Below are positions 27,574-35,955 of a DNA stretch of 41,919 nt, piece by piece. The position numbers and the translations under genes were made by a program. The notes beneath the pieces were generated by a model. The model was not told the DNA's origin. It worked only from the letters and a program-made list of their open reading frames with translations, and did no database searches. Where the stretch lies: positions 1-41,919 of the forward strand of contig JBCCQY010000072.1 in assembly GCA_039208735.1 (NCBI GenBank). Reading direction: 5' to 3'. Origin of the DNA: Myxococcota bacterium (GTDB lineage: Bacteria > Myxococcota_A > UBA796 > GCA-2862545). The first letter of the stretch is position 1, and each line of letters begins with the position of its first letter.

Positions 27574-28625
27574 TCTCCCGATAGTGGTGGTTCGAACGGA
27601 TTGTCTCGCAACACGGGGCCCATTGGGCTTCGCGATCCTTCACCGTTCGACGGTTGGGCCATTCGAAACCACTCTTCGGCCTTTCCAAAGTCTGCGATGG
27701 CCGCCCGAGGCACCATGTGCCACATCCCGATCGTCGGTCCTAAGAAGACGTAGTCCCCCGCTTCCTTCCAAACGCGAACGTGGGACCACGGCGTAAAGCT
27801 CTCGAGGCCCTCCCAACCGGTCCGAATGCCGGCTGGACCGACGTGGCCATGGCAAACGACACCGTTGGGCACGGGAAATGAAGCCCGACCAAACTGAAAC
27901 CCCACGAGCAGGGCACTGCCCATCAACGTGGCCCCGAGAATCGACACGCCGACGCTCGGCCCGAAGAACGCCACCAAACAGAGCCAGGCGCCACCCGCTG
28001 CAGCAAGAAAGAGAAACCCTGTCGCAAGCCGCGACCGCCAGCCCCCGATGCCGATCGCTTCCCGCCATGCTGCACGCTCGGCTCGGCCCGTCGTCCACGA
28101 TTGCGTCCCGGGGGCGTCGGGAGGATGGGGAGCAGGCACCTCTGGCGGCGCGGTGAGCGTGCCCACCGGCGGCCGATGCGGCAGTCGACCAATCGCCCGG
28201 CCTCGATGGCGCAACACCCACCACGCGCCGTCTCGCACCCGCTCCACCGCGGTCCAGGCCACCTGGGTCTCGTTTCCATCGGCGAGGAACACCAAACCCC
28301 ACGGTTCGCGTCGAATGGTGAGTTCTCGCACAAAGCCGGCTCCCCGGCGCTCCAGGTGTCGACGAGCCGCCGCCGCCTGGCGCCGCAACCCCAACCGACG
28401 CACCGAAAGCGCCGAGGCGACCAAGGCCCCGACGCCCCAGACGGCCCACGCCTCAGGTGCCTCAAACGGCGATCGAGGCATCCAGAGAATGGGCAACGCC
28501 AACACCACCAGCGGCGAGGTCAGCCCGTAGACCAGCTGGGTCCAGCGAACACGCGGCCGAACCGAGATGCGATACAGCGCATCGAGCTCGTCGTCGGTGC
28601 GCGTCCAGACCCAGGCTTCGGTCAA
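27570..28625 (-). CDS. Hypothetical membrane protein with two [2-TM plus YcxB/PH-like] modules
   Basis: Two hydrophobic hairpins, each followed by a similar motif (ETQVAWTAVERV / ESFTPWSHVRVW); TTG start overlaps the stop of the PLD gene. Confidence 0.6.
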   Translation of the reverse strand: MTEAWVWTRTDDELDALYRISVRPRVRWTQLVYGLTSPLVVLALPILWMPRSPFEAPEAWAVWGVGALVASALSVRRLGLRRQAAAARRHLERRGAGFVRELTIRREPWGLVFLADGNETQVAWTAVERVRDGAWWVLRHRGRAIGRLPHRPPVGTLTAPPEVPAPHPPDAPGTQSWTTGRAERAAWREAIGIGGWRSRLATGFLFLAAAGGAWLCLVAFFGPSVGVSILGATLMGSALLVGFQFGRASFPVPNGVVCHGHVGPAGIRTGWEGLESFTPWSHVRVWKEAGDYVFLGPTIGMWHMVPRAAIADFGKAEEWFRMAQPSNGEGSRSPMGPVLRDNPFEPPLSGD

Positions 28626-30343
28626 TCCGTATGCTCTCCGGGCGTCGCGCGGATCTGGTTGCGGTAGTCGAGCGACACGTTGCTCCCCCCCTCGGTGACC
28701 GAACTCGCCGTCCAGTTGCTCGGCAGCGCCCCATCCCCCCGAGGATCTACGCGTTGCATCGAGAACACGGGATCCGAAGGGCCTCCCAGAGGCCCCCCGG
28801 CGAAGGCCGGACCACCGTCGCCTGCAACATCCACGATTTGATTGTCGGGATCCTTGAGGAACAGCTCGAGTGACGTGTCCTTGAGCTGGAGCCGGGCCAA
28901 TCGATCATCGTTGAACGGATTGAGCACCAGGTCACCGCGCAAGAATGCCGCCCCTTCGTCCTGCGGCGCCCCATCGACGTATCGCTCGAGCACATGGTCG
29001 ATGATCGCGAAGGTTCCACCAGCCGGAATCACCGATCCCGGAGGAATGCCCACCACAAAATCATCGGCGTTCGCGATCTGCCACATATCTAGGGCAATAT
29101 TCTGATCCGTCAGGTTGCGCAGCTCGATGAACTCGTCGTAGCCATCGAGGCTGTTTTCATGCACGCCGTACCAGTGGACTTCGTTGAAGACGATATCGCC
29201 CTGCGACAGACCATTCTCGCCCACGCGGGCCTGGCCCATCTGTCGCCCGTTGCGCCACAAGTATTCGAAGTAATCGACGAAGTCCTTGGCGATCCGCGGC
29301 CCGTGGAAAATCAGCAGAAACTCATCATTCGACTGGGTCGCCGAAGCGGACCAGTTGAACGATCCACTGATGACCACTGGGCTGTCCCCCTCGGGGTCGA
29401 TGACCATGGTCTTGCTGTGCAAACGGCCGCCTCCGGCCTGGTAGTCACCCGGCTGCAGTCCGGCGTCGTTGCCATCAAGCTGCATCGGAATGCCTGCGCC
29501 CAACAGGCGGTACACCTCGTGGTACTGCCCATTCGAGTGCAGCTGGGACTGATCGATCACGCCAGACACGCCAAACTCGCGCGACCCCTCGACCAACCGG
29601 CCCTTGTCTCGCAGCTCTTCGTGCTTGCGAATAAAAGCAGAGCCAACTTGATCTTTCGTAAAGGCGAAGATCGTGAAGCTGATGCGTTCCTGTGCGGCAT
29701 CGACGAGTTCGAGGATGCGACCCATCGCGTCTTCGTTGGGGCTGAACCACACTTCGACCGTCGTGTCGCCAATCTCGTAGCTGCGCCCGTTGCGAATCTC
29801 GACCTTATTGTGGCCGAAAACCCCATTCCACATCTGCTGATGCTCATCGTAGAAGTCAGCCGCCACGGCTGGGGAATCGATGAGCGCGAAGTTGTTGGAG
29901 TTGTTTTCGAGGTCGGTCGGGGTCCAATTGGCCGTCGACGCGAACACAAACCGCCGGTCCACGATCATGAATTTGTCGTGCATGATGTGGGGGAGGTTGC
30001 CCGTGCGCATGGGCACGTGCCACGCGGCCATGGTCTGGTAGCCCAGGTTGTGCAAATGCCCGGCGTCGCCAACCATCTCGATCTGAACGCCGCGATCGTA
30101 GGCCCGGACGAACGCATGGATGACGTCGGGATGCGAAAAGCCCATCACGGCGAAGTCGATCGAGGACTGCGCCCCATCGATGAGGTCGACCATGATGCGG
30201 ACCGCATCGGAGTACCAGACCTGATCCCGACGCGAACCAGGGTCATTGAAGTAGACGTCGACACGCCCCCCGCGGGTGGACGCAATGTCGCGTTCCGAGG
30301 GTGCACACGACAACAGCCCTGACAACAGTAGACCCTGGATCAT
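28622..30343 (-). CDS. Phospholipase D-superfamily (Nuc-like) lipoprotein with two HKD motifs and a C-terminal lamin-tail domain
   Basis: LLSC lipobox; HDKFMIVD...STANWT and HSKTMVID...SGSFNWS; VEVWFSP; lamin-tail motif IVFNEVHW...DEFIELRNLT...LDMWQI. Confidence 0.88.
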   Translation of the reverse strand: MIQGLLLSGLLSCAPSERDIASTRGGRVDVYFNDPGSRRDQVWYSDAVRIMVDLIDGAQSSIDFAVMGFSHPDVIHAFVRAYDRGVQIEMVGDAGHLHNLGYQTMAAWHVPMRTGNLPHIMHDKFMIVDRRFVFASTANWTPTDLENNSNNFALIDSPAVAADFYDEHQQMWNGVFGHNKVEIRNGRSYEIGDTTVEVWFSPNEDAMGRILELVDAAQERISFTIFAFTKDQVGSAFIRKHEELRDKGRLVEGSREFGVSGVIDQSQLHSNGQYHEVYRLLGAGIPMQLDGNDAGLQPGDYQAGGGRLHSKTMVIDPEGDSPVVISGSFNWSASATQSNDEFLLIFHGPRIAKDFVDYFEYLWRNGRQMGQARVGENGLSQGDIVFNEVHWYGVHENSLDGYDEFIELRNLTDQNIALDMWQIANADDFVVGIPPGSVIPAGGTFAIIDHVLERYVDGAPQDEGAAFLRGDLVLNPFNDDRLARLQLKDTSLELFLKDPDNQIVDVAGDGGPAFAGGPLGGPSDPVFSMQRVDPRGDGALPSNWTASSVTEGGSNVSLDYRNQIRATPGEHTD

Positions 30344-31473
30344 CGCGGTACCCCCTGCTCGAACCGGCTCTCGAAGAAGGTGACGAACTGCTCGATCTCG
30401 GCGCGATCTTCTTGCGACCGGTTCGATAACACCACCAACGCCCCATCGATCAATTGATCAGTCACGATTTCATTGCCCCTAAAGAGGCGGGCCGCACTGT
30501 AGAGTTCGTGACTCAACACCAGCACCATGGACGCGGTACCGAACCCGTTGTTTTCGACATCAGGGTCGATGATCACGACCGTTGGAATCTGATCCACATC
30601 GAGCCACTCTCGCCGGTCCACATTGATGAGCTGCGCATCGAACTCGCGGAGTACGGCCGTGCTCGTGCTTCCTAGGCCTGGCCCGGTGAGCACCCGCACG
30701 TCGAAATCCCAACGGTTCTTGGTGCGCAACGCCGCGATCAATCCCTCGTTGGCCAGGTCATCACTCATCACCCACACGCTTGACCGCGCGGAATACACCG
30801 CATCGATGACCCGCTTGGTGATGCGTTCTTGAGGTCCAAACCACACTTCGAGATCGGTGGCCGTCGCGGTACCGTAGCGCCAGCGGAAGTCGGCGATGGA
30901 CTTTGCCGGAGAGCTGAACGCGGTCACGGCCGTCGCGTCAACGCCCCCAAACACCTGGTTGTGCTCGATCAACCAATCTTCGAGCAGCTCTTCTCCATGC
31001 ATCGAGAACACCACGCGGTCGCCGGAACGCGTATGGCCGGCCGTCGTGGCGGTCACGATGCGCTGACGATCGACAACCACGTAGGCATGGCTCATCACGG
31101 TCTCTTCAGACGACCAGCTCACCACCTCGTTGAGGGCGAACTCGAAGTACTCCAGCCCATCGCTCGCAAGCGTGATGGGTACCCCAAGGTCGAACAACTG
31201 CGCCACCCCAGGGTCATCCTGTTCATCAATGTCGAGCGTGAGTTCGACCTCGAGCCCATTGTCGAACGCGGCGCCGATCGCCTGCAGCAACGCTTCATCC
31301 TCGGCGTCGGGCAAGGCGATGTGCAGCGACGAGGTCGCCGACTCGACCGCCTCGACAAAGAGGGCTTCCGCCTCGGTGGCCGGAAGGACCTCGGCCGACA
31401 GTCCATTGAACAACTCGGTGGGATCGGGCGCCGCGCACCCCACCACCGCAAACGCAAGAAATGCCCGCATCAT
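30340..31473 (-). CDS. Degenerate PLD-fold lipoprotein (HKD motifs lost)
   Basis: VVGC lipobox; PLD scaffold motifs (AVESATSSLHIA; LEVWFGP...VIDAVYSARSSVWV) but SHAYVVVD and IPTVVIID where HxKxxxxD is expected; ATGA overlaps on both sides. Confidence 0.72.
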   Translation of the reverse strand: MMRAFLAFAVVGCAAPDPTELFNGLSAEVLPATEAEALFVEAVESATSSLHIALPDAEDEALLQAIGAAFDNGLEVELTLDIDEQDDPGVAQLFDLGVPITLASDGLEYFEFALNEVVSWSSEETVMSHAYVVVDRQRIVTATTAGHTRSGDRVVFSMHGEELLEDWLIEHNQVFGGVDATAVTAFSSPAKSIADFRWRYGTATATDLEVWFGPQERITKRVIDAVYSARSSVWVMSDDLANEGLIAALRTKNRWDFDVRVLTGPGLGSTSTAVLREFDAQLINVDRREWLDVDQIPTVVIIDPDVENNGFGTASMVLVLSHELYSAARLFRGNEIVTDQLIDGALVVLSNRSQEDRAEIEQFVTFFESRFEQGVPR

Positions 31474-32189
31474 TCGAAAGACCCCGTGGCAAAGGCGCCC
31501 GAATAATCGGGCGAGTTCGGGCGACCCGGGCTGGCCTTGGTCCGCTCCCGGCAGGCCTCGGCCACCCCATCGTCGTTGGGAACATCCACTTCGGCGTCCG
31601 TGTAGTAGTGCCAGGAATGCGGTTCGCGGCCTCGACCGCCAAACACCAGTTCCACCTTCTCCATCGAGCGCGAAACCTGACCGTCGTAGCCCCCGGCGTA
31701 GGGCGGTGCGGTTCGCGAGCCCGCTGGCTCCATCAACCGCTCATCCGCATCGCGCAGGGTGAGCAGGAAGGGCTCTCCGTAGGTGAACTGGAGCTGTGGC
31801 AGTACCAGGTCCGCGTCGGGAAAACACCCGGATGTCTTGGCGGCGATGACCAGGTGATCGCCTACATCGACCTCGATGTTCGACGCCGGAATCCGGTAGG
31901 TCACGTTGCGCACCCCGGTCTGGTCGAGGTGCCAACCGGTCAGGTTTACCGGGCGAATGCTTTCGTTTTTGATCTCGATGAAGACATCCGAGACGTCCCA
32001 AGTGCCTTCGTTGATCACCGATCCGGACCACATCACCTCGGTGACCACGACCGTGCCACGCTCACCGGAGTTCGGCTGCCCTTCCTCCAAACCGGTTCGG
32101 AACCCCACGGTTTGGTCAATCTCGCCGGGGTTGGGGTTGCACGCGGCGAGCGCGCACAATCCGATCACGGCGGTTCTTGCCCAGCTCAT
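31470..32189 (-). CDS. Lamin-tail-domain lipoprotein
   Basis: LAAC lipobox; VVVTEVMWSG...VFIEIKN...VNLTGWHL, SMEK and ASPGRPN; GAGGAGG ribosome-binding site. Confidence 0.8.
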   Translation of the reverse strand: MSWARTAVIGLCALAACNPNPGEIDQTVGFRTGLEEGQPNSGERGTVVVTEVMWSGSVINEGTWDVSDVFIEIKNESIRPVNLTGWHLDQTGVRNVTYRIPASNIEVDVGDHLVIAAKTSGCFPDADLVLPQLQFTYGEPFLLTLRDADERLMEPAGSRTAPPYAGGYDGQVSRSMEKVELVFGGRGREPHSWHYYTDAEVDVPNDDGVAEACRERTKASPGRPNSPDYSGAFATGSFE

Positions 32190-32202
32190 CGGCCCCTCCT
32201 CG

Positions 32203-33786
32203 TCAGAAGCTCACGCGGATGCCACCGTGGGCGGCCCAAGGGAACTGCGGATTGTCGGAACCGAGCGCGTTGCCCGCCACCCGGTCGATTGGAATGCCGT
32301 AGAACCCGCCGGGAACAACGACTGCACCGCGTAAAAAGGTGTCGACGTAGCGTCCAAACTGCCACCCAACCTCGGCGTCGATCTCAGTGCCAAGGATCTT
32401 CCCGAGACGCTCTGTCGCAGCGAACTCCGACCGACTGTACCCAAACGGCGGCTCGAGAAAATCGATGGTCTCGAAGTCAACGTCCGAAAACCCGGTGTCT
32501 TGCAGAAACCAGACTCCGCCCAGCGCGTGGAACCCAGACTCGAGCTGCACATTGCCCCACAGCTCAAGCGAGCGGGTCCCGGATTTCCGGCTCATGTCCT
32601 GGGGATTGTTGATGACCCCGTTGCGGCCCGTGTAGGCCGTGGGGTGAAGGCCAAAGAAGCGGTTGAGCAAGGTGCCACCGATGTGCTGGCCTTTCATCCC
32701 GACGTAGCCGTGGCTGAAGAGCAGACCATTGTTGGTGTGGACCGATCCCTGAGCCTCGAAGTAGCGAATCTGGGCGAGTACACCGGGGTTCTTCAACCCT
32801 TCGCGGCGGGTGTCGAGCCGTGCTCCCGCCCCCCACGAATACCCGTTGGTGTTGACGTTCTGCGCCACCTCTTCCTTGCGGTCGACCCCCGCCGACCCAT
32901 TGAACTCCGCAAACGGGCGGATGGCCCCAAAGTCGGCATTTACCCGAACACCATAGTTGAGAAGGTAGTCGGCATCGGTGAAGTTTCCGAGGGCGCCGTT
33001 GTAGGAGATGTCGCTGCCCGTGCCTCGACCGTGCAGATCGCTGTAGAACACGTAGGCCTGGCCGCCCACCACGGTGTCCTCATCGTTGTCGAGGGTGAAC
33101 GTGGCCCCAAATCGCCGCGTAAGCACGTCTCCGCGGAAGTAGAAGGTCTCGGGATTCTGTTGCCCAATCAGGTTGACGAAGTCGACTTCGTCGTAGTTTG
33201 CAGCCGTCGAATAGACGTTGATGGGCAACACGGTAAACCGAGCCCGATCGCTTACGGGGATGTCGATCCGAACCATGTCGAGCACGTCGGCCAAGACATA
33301 GTCGCGAACCCCTGGTCCGAGACCTCCGAGCGTATAGAACTGCCGACCGACGCGAAACCGCACCGCCCGATTGAGCGTGCGGGACGAGTAGAGGTCGACG
33401 TAGAGCGCGGGGAAGTAGATGAATCCACCAAAGCGGTTGGTTTCCCCGATCTGGTCATCGCCCCAAAGCCCTCGGTGCGACCCCGTCACCACGAAGCGCA
33501 CCTGCGGGTCGATCTGGTAGCCGATTTCGAGCTGCGCCCCCGTGAAGGCGAAAGCGCCACGATCGTCGCTGTCCAAAATGGCTTGGTCAGAATCTTCGTT
33601 GAGCAGCCGGAAATCGATGTTGTCGTACTCGTAGTAGTGAGTCTCGAAGAACCCGCGCACCGTGAGCCGATCATCGTTTTCTTCGTCAACGACGTCGACC
33701 TGCGTGTCGCGATACTCGAGGTCCGGTCGGGTCTGTGCCCAGGCCCACGACGGCCAAAACAGGGCAGCAACAAACAACACGCGCAT
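32203..33786 (-). CDS. Large outer-membrane beta-barrel protein, unknown family
   Basis: Signal MRVLFVAALFWPSWAWA; many amphipathic strands; FRVGRQ and LGTEIDAEVGW motifs reminiscent of alginate-export-type barrels; C-terminal beta-signal GIRVSF. Confidence 0.75.
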   Translation of the reverse strand: MRVLFVAALFWPSWAWAQTRPDLEYRDTQVDVVDEENDDRLTVRGFFETHYYEYDNIDFRLLNEDSDQAILDSDDRGAFAFTGAQLEIGYQIDPQVRFVVTGSHRGLWGDDQIGETNRFGGFIYFPALYVDLYSSRTLNRAVRFRVGRQFYTLGGLGPGVRDYVLADVLDMVRIDIPVSDRARFTVLPINVYSTAANYDEVDFVNLIGQQNPETFYFRGDVLTRRFGATFTLDNDEDTVVGGQAYVFYSDLHGRGTGSDISYNGALGNFTDADYLLNYGVRVNADFGAIRPFAEFNGSAGVDRKEEVAQNVNTNGYSWGAGARLDTRREGLKNPGVLAQIRYFEAQGSVHTNNGLLFSHGYVGMKGQHIGGTLLNRFFGLHPTAYTGRNGVINNPQDMSRKSGTRSLELWGNVQLESGFHALGGVWFLQDTGFSDVDFETIDFLEPPFGYSRSEFAATERLGKILGTEIDAEVGWQFGRYVDTFLRGAVVVPGGFYGIPIDRVAGNALGSDNPQFPWAAHGGIRVSF

Positions 33787-33962
33787 AGAGCAACTCCCGT
33801 GGATCGGTCGTTCCCCGCGGTGAACCGTCACTGCAGAACCATCGCCGGGGGACGCGCCACGCTAAGCCGAGCGCCGCAGCGTCGGAGGCATCGAAATGCT
33901 GCATCGTCAAGAGTCGCGGCGCAGAGCCTCAAACGCCCCTGCGTCGATCTTGTGACAGCGAA

Positions 33963-34868
33963 TCAGTCCGTGAGGGGCTTCAGCTGCCCAACGCGCATCA
34001 CGTTGACCTGATGTTCGTTGAACGAGTAGAGCACCGGGCCGGTAATCGCGTAGCGCTGGCCTACGGGCAACCGAATGCCGCGCCGTTGCAGCTCGACGTC
34101 GAGGCCCACCTTGAAGGCCGGGGCCTCGTCCGAGCGGTTCACGTAGCATATGGGCACAGGGTCGCCGCTGACCTGCTGGAGCGTGGTATCTGGCGCATCA
34201 CCCGTACAAAGGTAGATCTCGCCAAAGCCTCCCAACTCGGCCGCCACGATGCCTTCCACGCGCACCGTGTTGCCAATGTCAGCGTCGGCGAGCAAACGGT
34301 CCGCCACGGGCTCGAAGTAAATGGGCTCGGGTCCTCGATCGATCTCGAGCACATCATGGGCTGAAATCATCGTCAGGCCAAAGCTCTCTTTCACCGCACG
34401 CACCAGAAGGGTCACGCGGTCACCCATGTCGAACTTGGAGACCTTGGAGTCGCCCAGCACGAAGAAGCCGCCCGACGCATCCTGCACAAAGTAGCTTCCG
34501 AAGTACTTCTCATCGCTATCGACGGCGAATTCACCTTCGGGACGGCACCCCTGCACCTTGATGTACTGACGCGGATGCAAGGTCACGACGCCTGTGATCT
34601 CGACGGGAAGGCGGTCATCGGTGCGCCACCCCCCACAACCTTGGGTCGGTGGGTCATGCGGCGAGAACCAGGTCTCGGCGGAATCAGGTCTTGGGACCTC
34701 GCCGATGGGCGTGGCCCCCGTGAACGTATAGTTCACGTCGGTGAACTGCAGCGGCTCGACGACGTCGAGTTCTTCGCCTTCGTCGTACCACTCTTGCCAA
34801 TCACGACGCAGCCGTTGCTCGCCACACGCCATCGCAGACAGGAGCAAGATCGAGATCGCGGTTCGCAT
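33963..34868 (-). CDS. Lipoprotein with two putative OB-fold domains
   Basis: AMAC lipobox; VEITGVVT...YFVQDASGGFFV...MGDRVTL and VRVEGIV...VGQRYAITGPVLYSF match the OB-fold pattern of extracellular nucleases (YhcR/ExeM type). Confidence 0.72.
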   Translation of the reverse strand: MRTAISILLLSAMACGEQRLRRDWQEWYDEGEELDVVEPLQFTDVNYTFTGATPIGEVPRPDSAETWFSPHDPPTQGCGGWRTDDRLPVEITGVVTLHPRQYIKVQGCRPEGEFAVDSDEKYFGSYFVQDASGGFFVLGDSKVSKFDMGDRVTLLVRAVKESFGLTMISAHDVLEIDRGPEPIYFEPVADRLLADADIGNTVRVEGIVAAELGGFGEIYLCTGDAPDTTLQQVSGDPVPICYVNRSDEAPAFKVGLDVELQRRGIRLPVGQRYAITGPVLYSFNEHQVNVMRVGQLKPLTD

Positions 34869-34887
34869 CAGGCCGTCTCCGTCGAGG

Positions 34888-35784
34888 TCAGTAGTCGCGG
34901 TGCCAGTCGAAGTTGCTCGCGTCGATCTGCGGACTGCCGCCGAAGGCGTTCATTGGACCGACGTACTGCAGGCAAACGTCCTTCTCGAGGAACTGAGACT
35001 CGGAACGCAAGGTGATCGTTTGCCCCTTTGCGTACTCGAATTCGTAGCAGTTCGGGTCGCCACACGGAACCCCATCGTCGAGGATCTTGCCGTAGGCCTC
35101 GATGATCGCGTGCCCCTCGTCAGGCACCGTGAGGGGAGCCTCGTTGATCGCTTGCGCCACCCAAACTTCTTCGGCCTGACCCGTGATCTGAAGGTTCGTG
35201 ATGCCCTCGTTCAGCACCGTAAAGTCCGGCGACCCCGTGGTCTCGTTCACCACCTGCCCCAAGCCGCCAAAGTTGGACACGACATTGACATCGAAATCGA
35301 CGATGTCACCGGCTTCGAGGCCCACCGACTCGGGCACCGTCACAAAGCGGAAGTACATGCCGCCCGAGCTGTCGGCCGCCCAAAACTCCAAAACATCGGT
35401 ACCCGAAGGACGGAACCCGATCATGGTCACCGTGGCCCCACGCACCTCGAGCGGGTTGTCGAGCACGGTGAGCTGGCTGACCGCATTCGCCGCGCTCCGC
35501 ACCGCGCTTAGGCCCGCATCACTGGAGGGCCGCTCCGAGGTGATCCCCACCCCATACAGCGGGTGCTGGTCCCACCAGGGGCCAAGCTGGGCCGGCTCAC
35601 CACAGATGATCTCGACGTCGGTGTCGGTGTCTGCATCGGTATCGGCGTCCGTGTCGGCATCGGCGTCGCCATCCGCGTCCGCATCGGTATCGGCATCCGC
35701 ATCCGCGTCGGTGTCCAAATCCTCGTCCAACGGAATACGGGAACATGCGGCCAGAAGGCCCAGGCACAGCCAAGACAAGCGCAT
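34888..35784 (-). CDS. Lipoprotein with an Asp-rich (DADTD) linker and two putative OB-fold domains
   Basis: AAAGGAG ribosome-binding site, LAAC lipobox, (D-A/T) repeat, then VRGATVT...FWAADSSGGMYF...LEAGDIVDF...FGGLGQV and YVGPMNAFGGSPQI. Confidence 0.72.
   Translation of the reverse strand: MRLSWLCLGLLAACSRIPLDEDLDTDADADADTDADADGDADADTDADTDADTDTDVEIICGEPAQLGPWWDQHPLYGVGITSERPSSDAGLSAVRSAANAVSQLTVLDNPLEVRGATVTMIGFRPSGTDVLEFWAADSSGGMYFRFVTVPESVGLEAGDIVDFDVNVVSNFGGLGQVVNETTGSPDFTVLNEGITNLQITGQAEEVWVAQAINEAPLTVPDEGHAIIEAYGKILDDGVPCGDPNCYEFEYAKGQTITLRSESQFLEKDVCLQYVGPMNAFGGSPQIDASNFDWHRDY
35617..35715 (-). repeat. Low-complexity coding repeat (Asp-Ala/Thr/Gly dipeptides)
   Basis: Encodes DTDADADADTDADADGDADADTDADTDADTDTD with 6-bp periodicity. 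Confidence 0.9.
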
Positions 35785-35955
35785 AAAGACTCCTTTTTGG
35801 GGCAGCGCTCGCACTTATCCACCCTTCGTGCCGCACCATGTGACAATTCGGCGCGAACCCGCCTCCCCGGGCGGGGAGTCCGGCTCCTTCCCGACGCGGG
35901 TTACAAGGCTCCCGCTCTCGCCGATGTTCCACCCTTCTTCGAGCTGCACGCGACC

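Noticed and set aside
28622..31473. PLD pair as an anti-phage/restriction system or cardiolipin synthase
   Set aside because: Both have lipoprotein signals and lie among surface proteins; there is no helicase, methylase or cardiolipin-synthase transmembrane N-terminus.
35617..35715. Non-coding tandem repeat or contingency locus
   Set aside because: It is in frame with synonymous variation and encodes a DADTD linker common in this group of bacteria.
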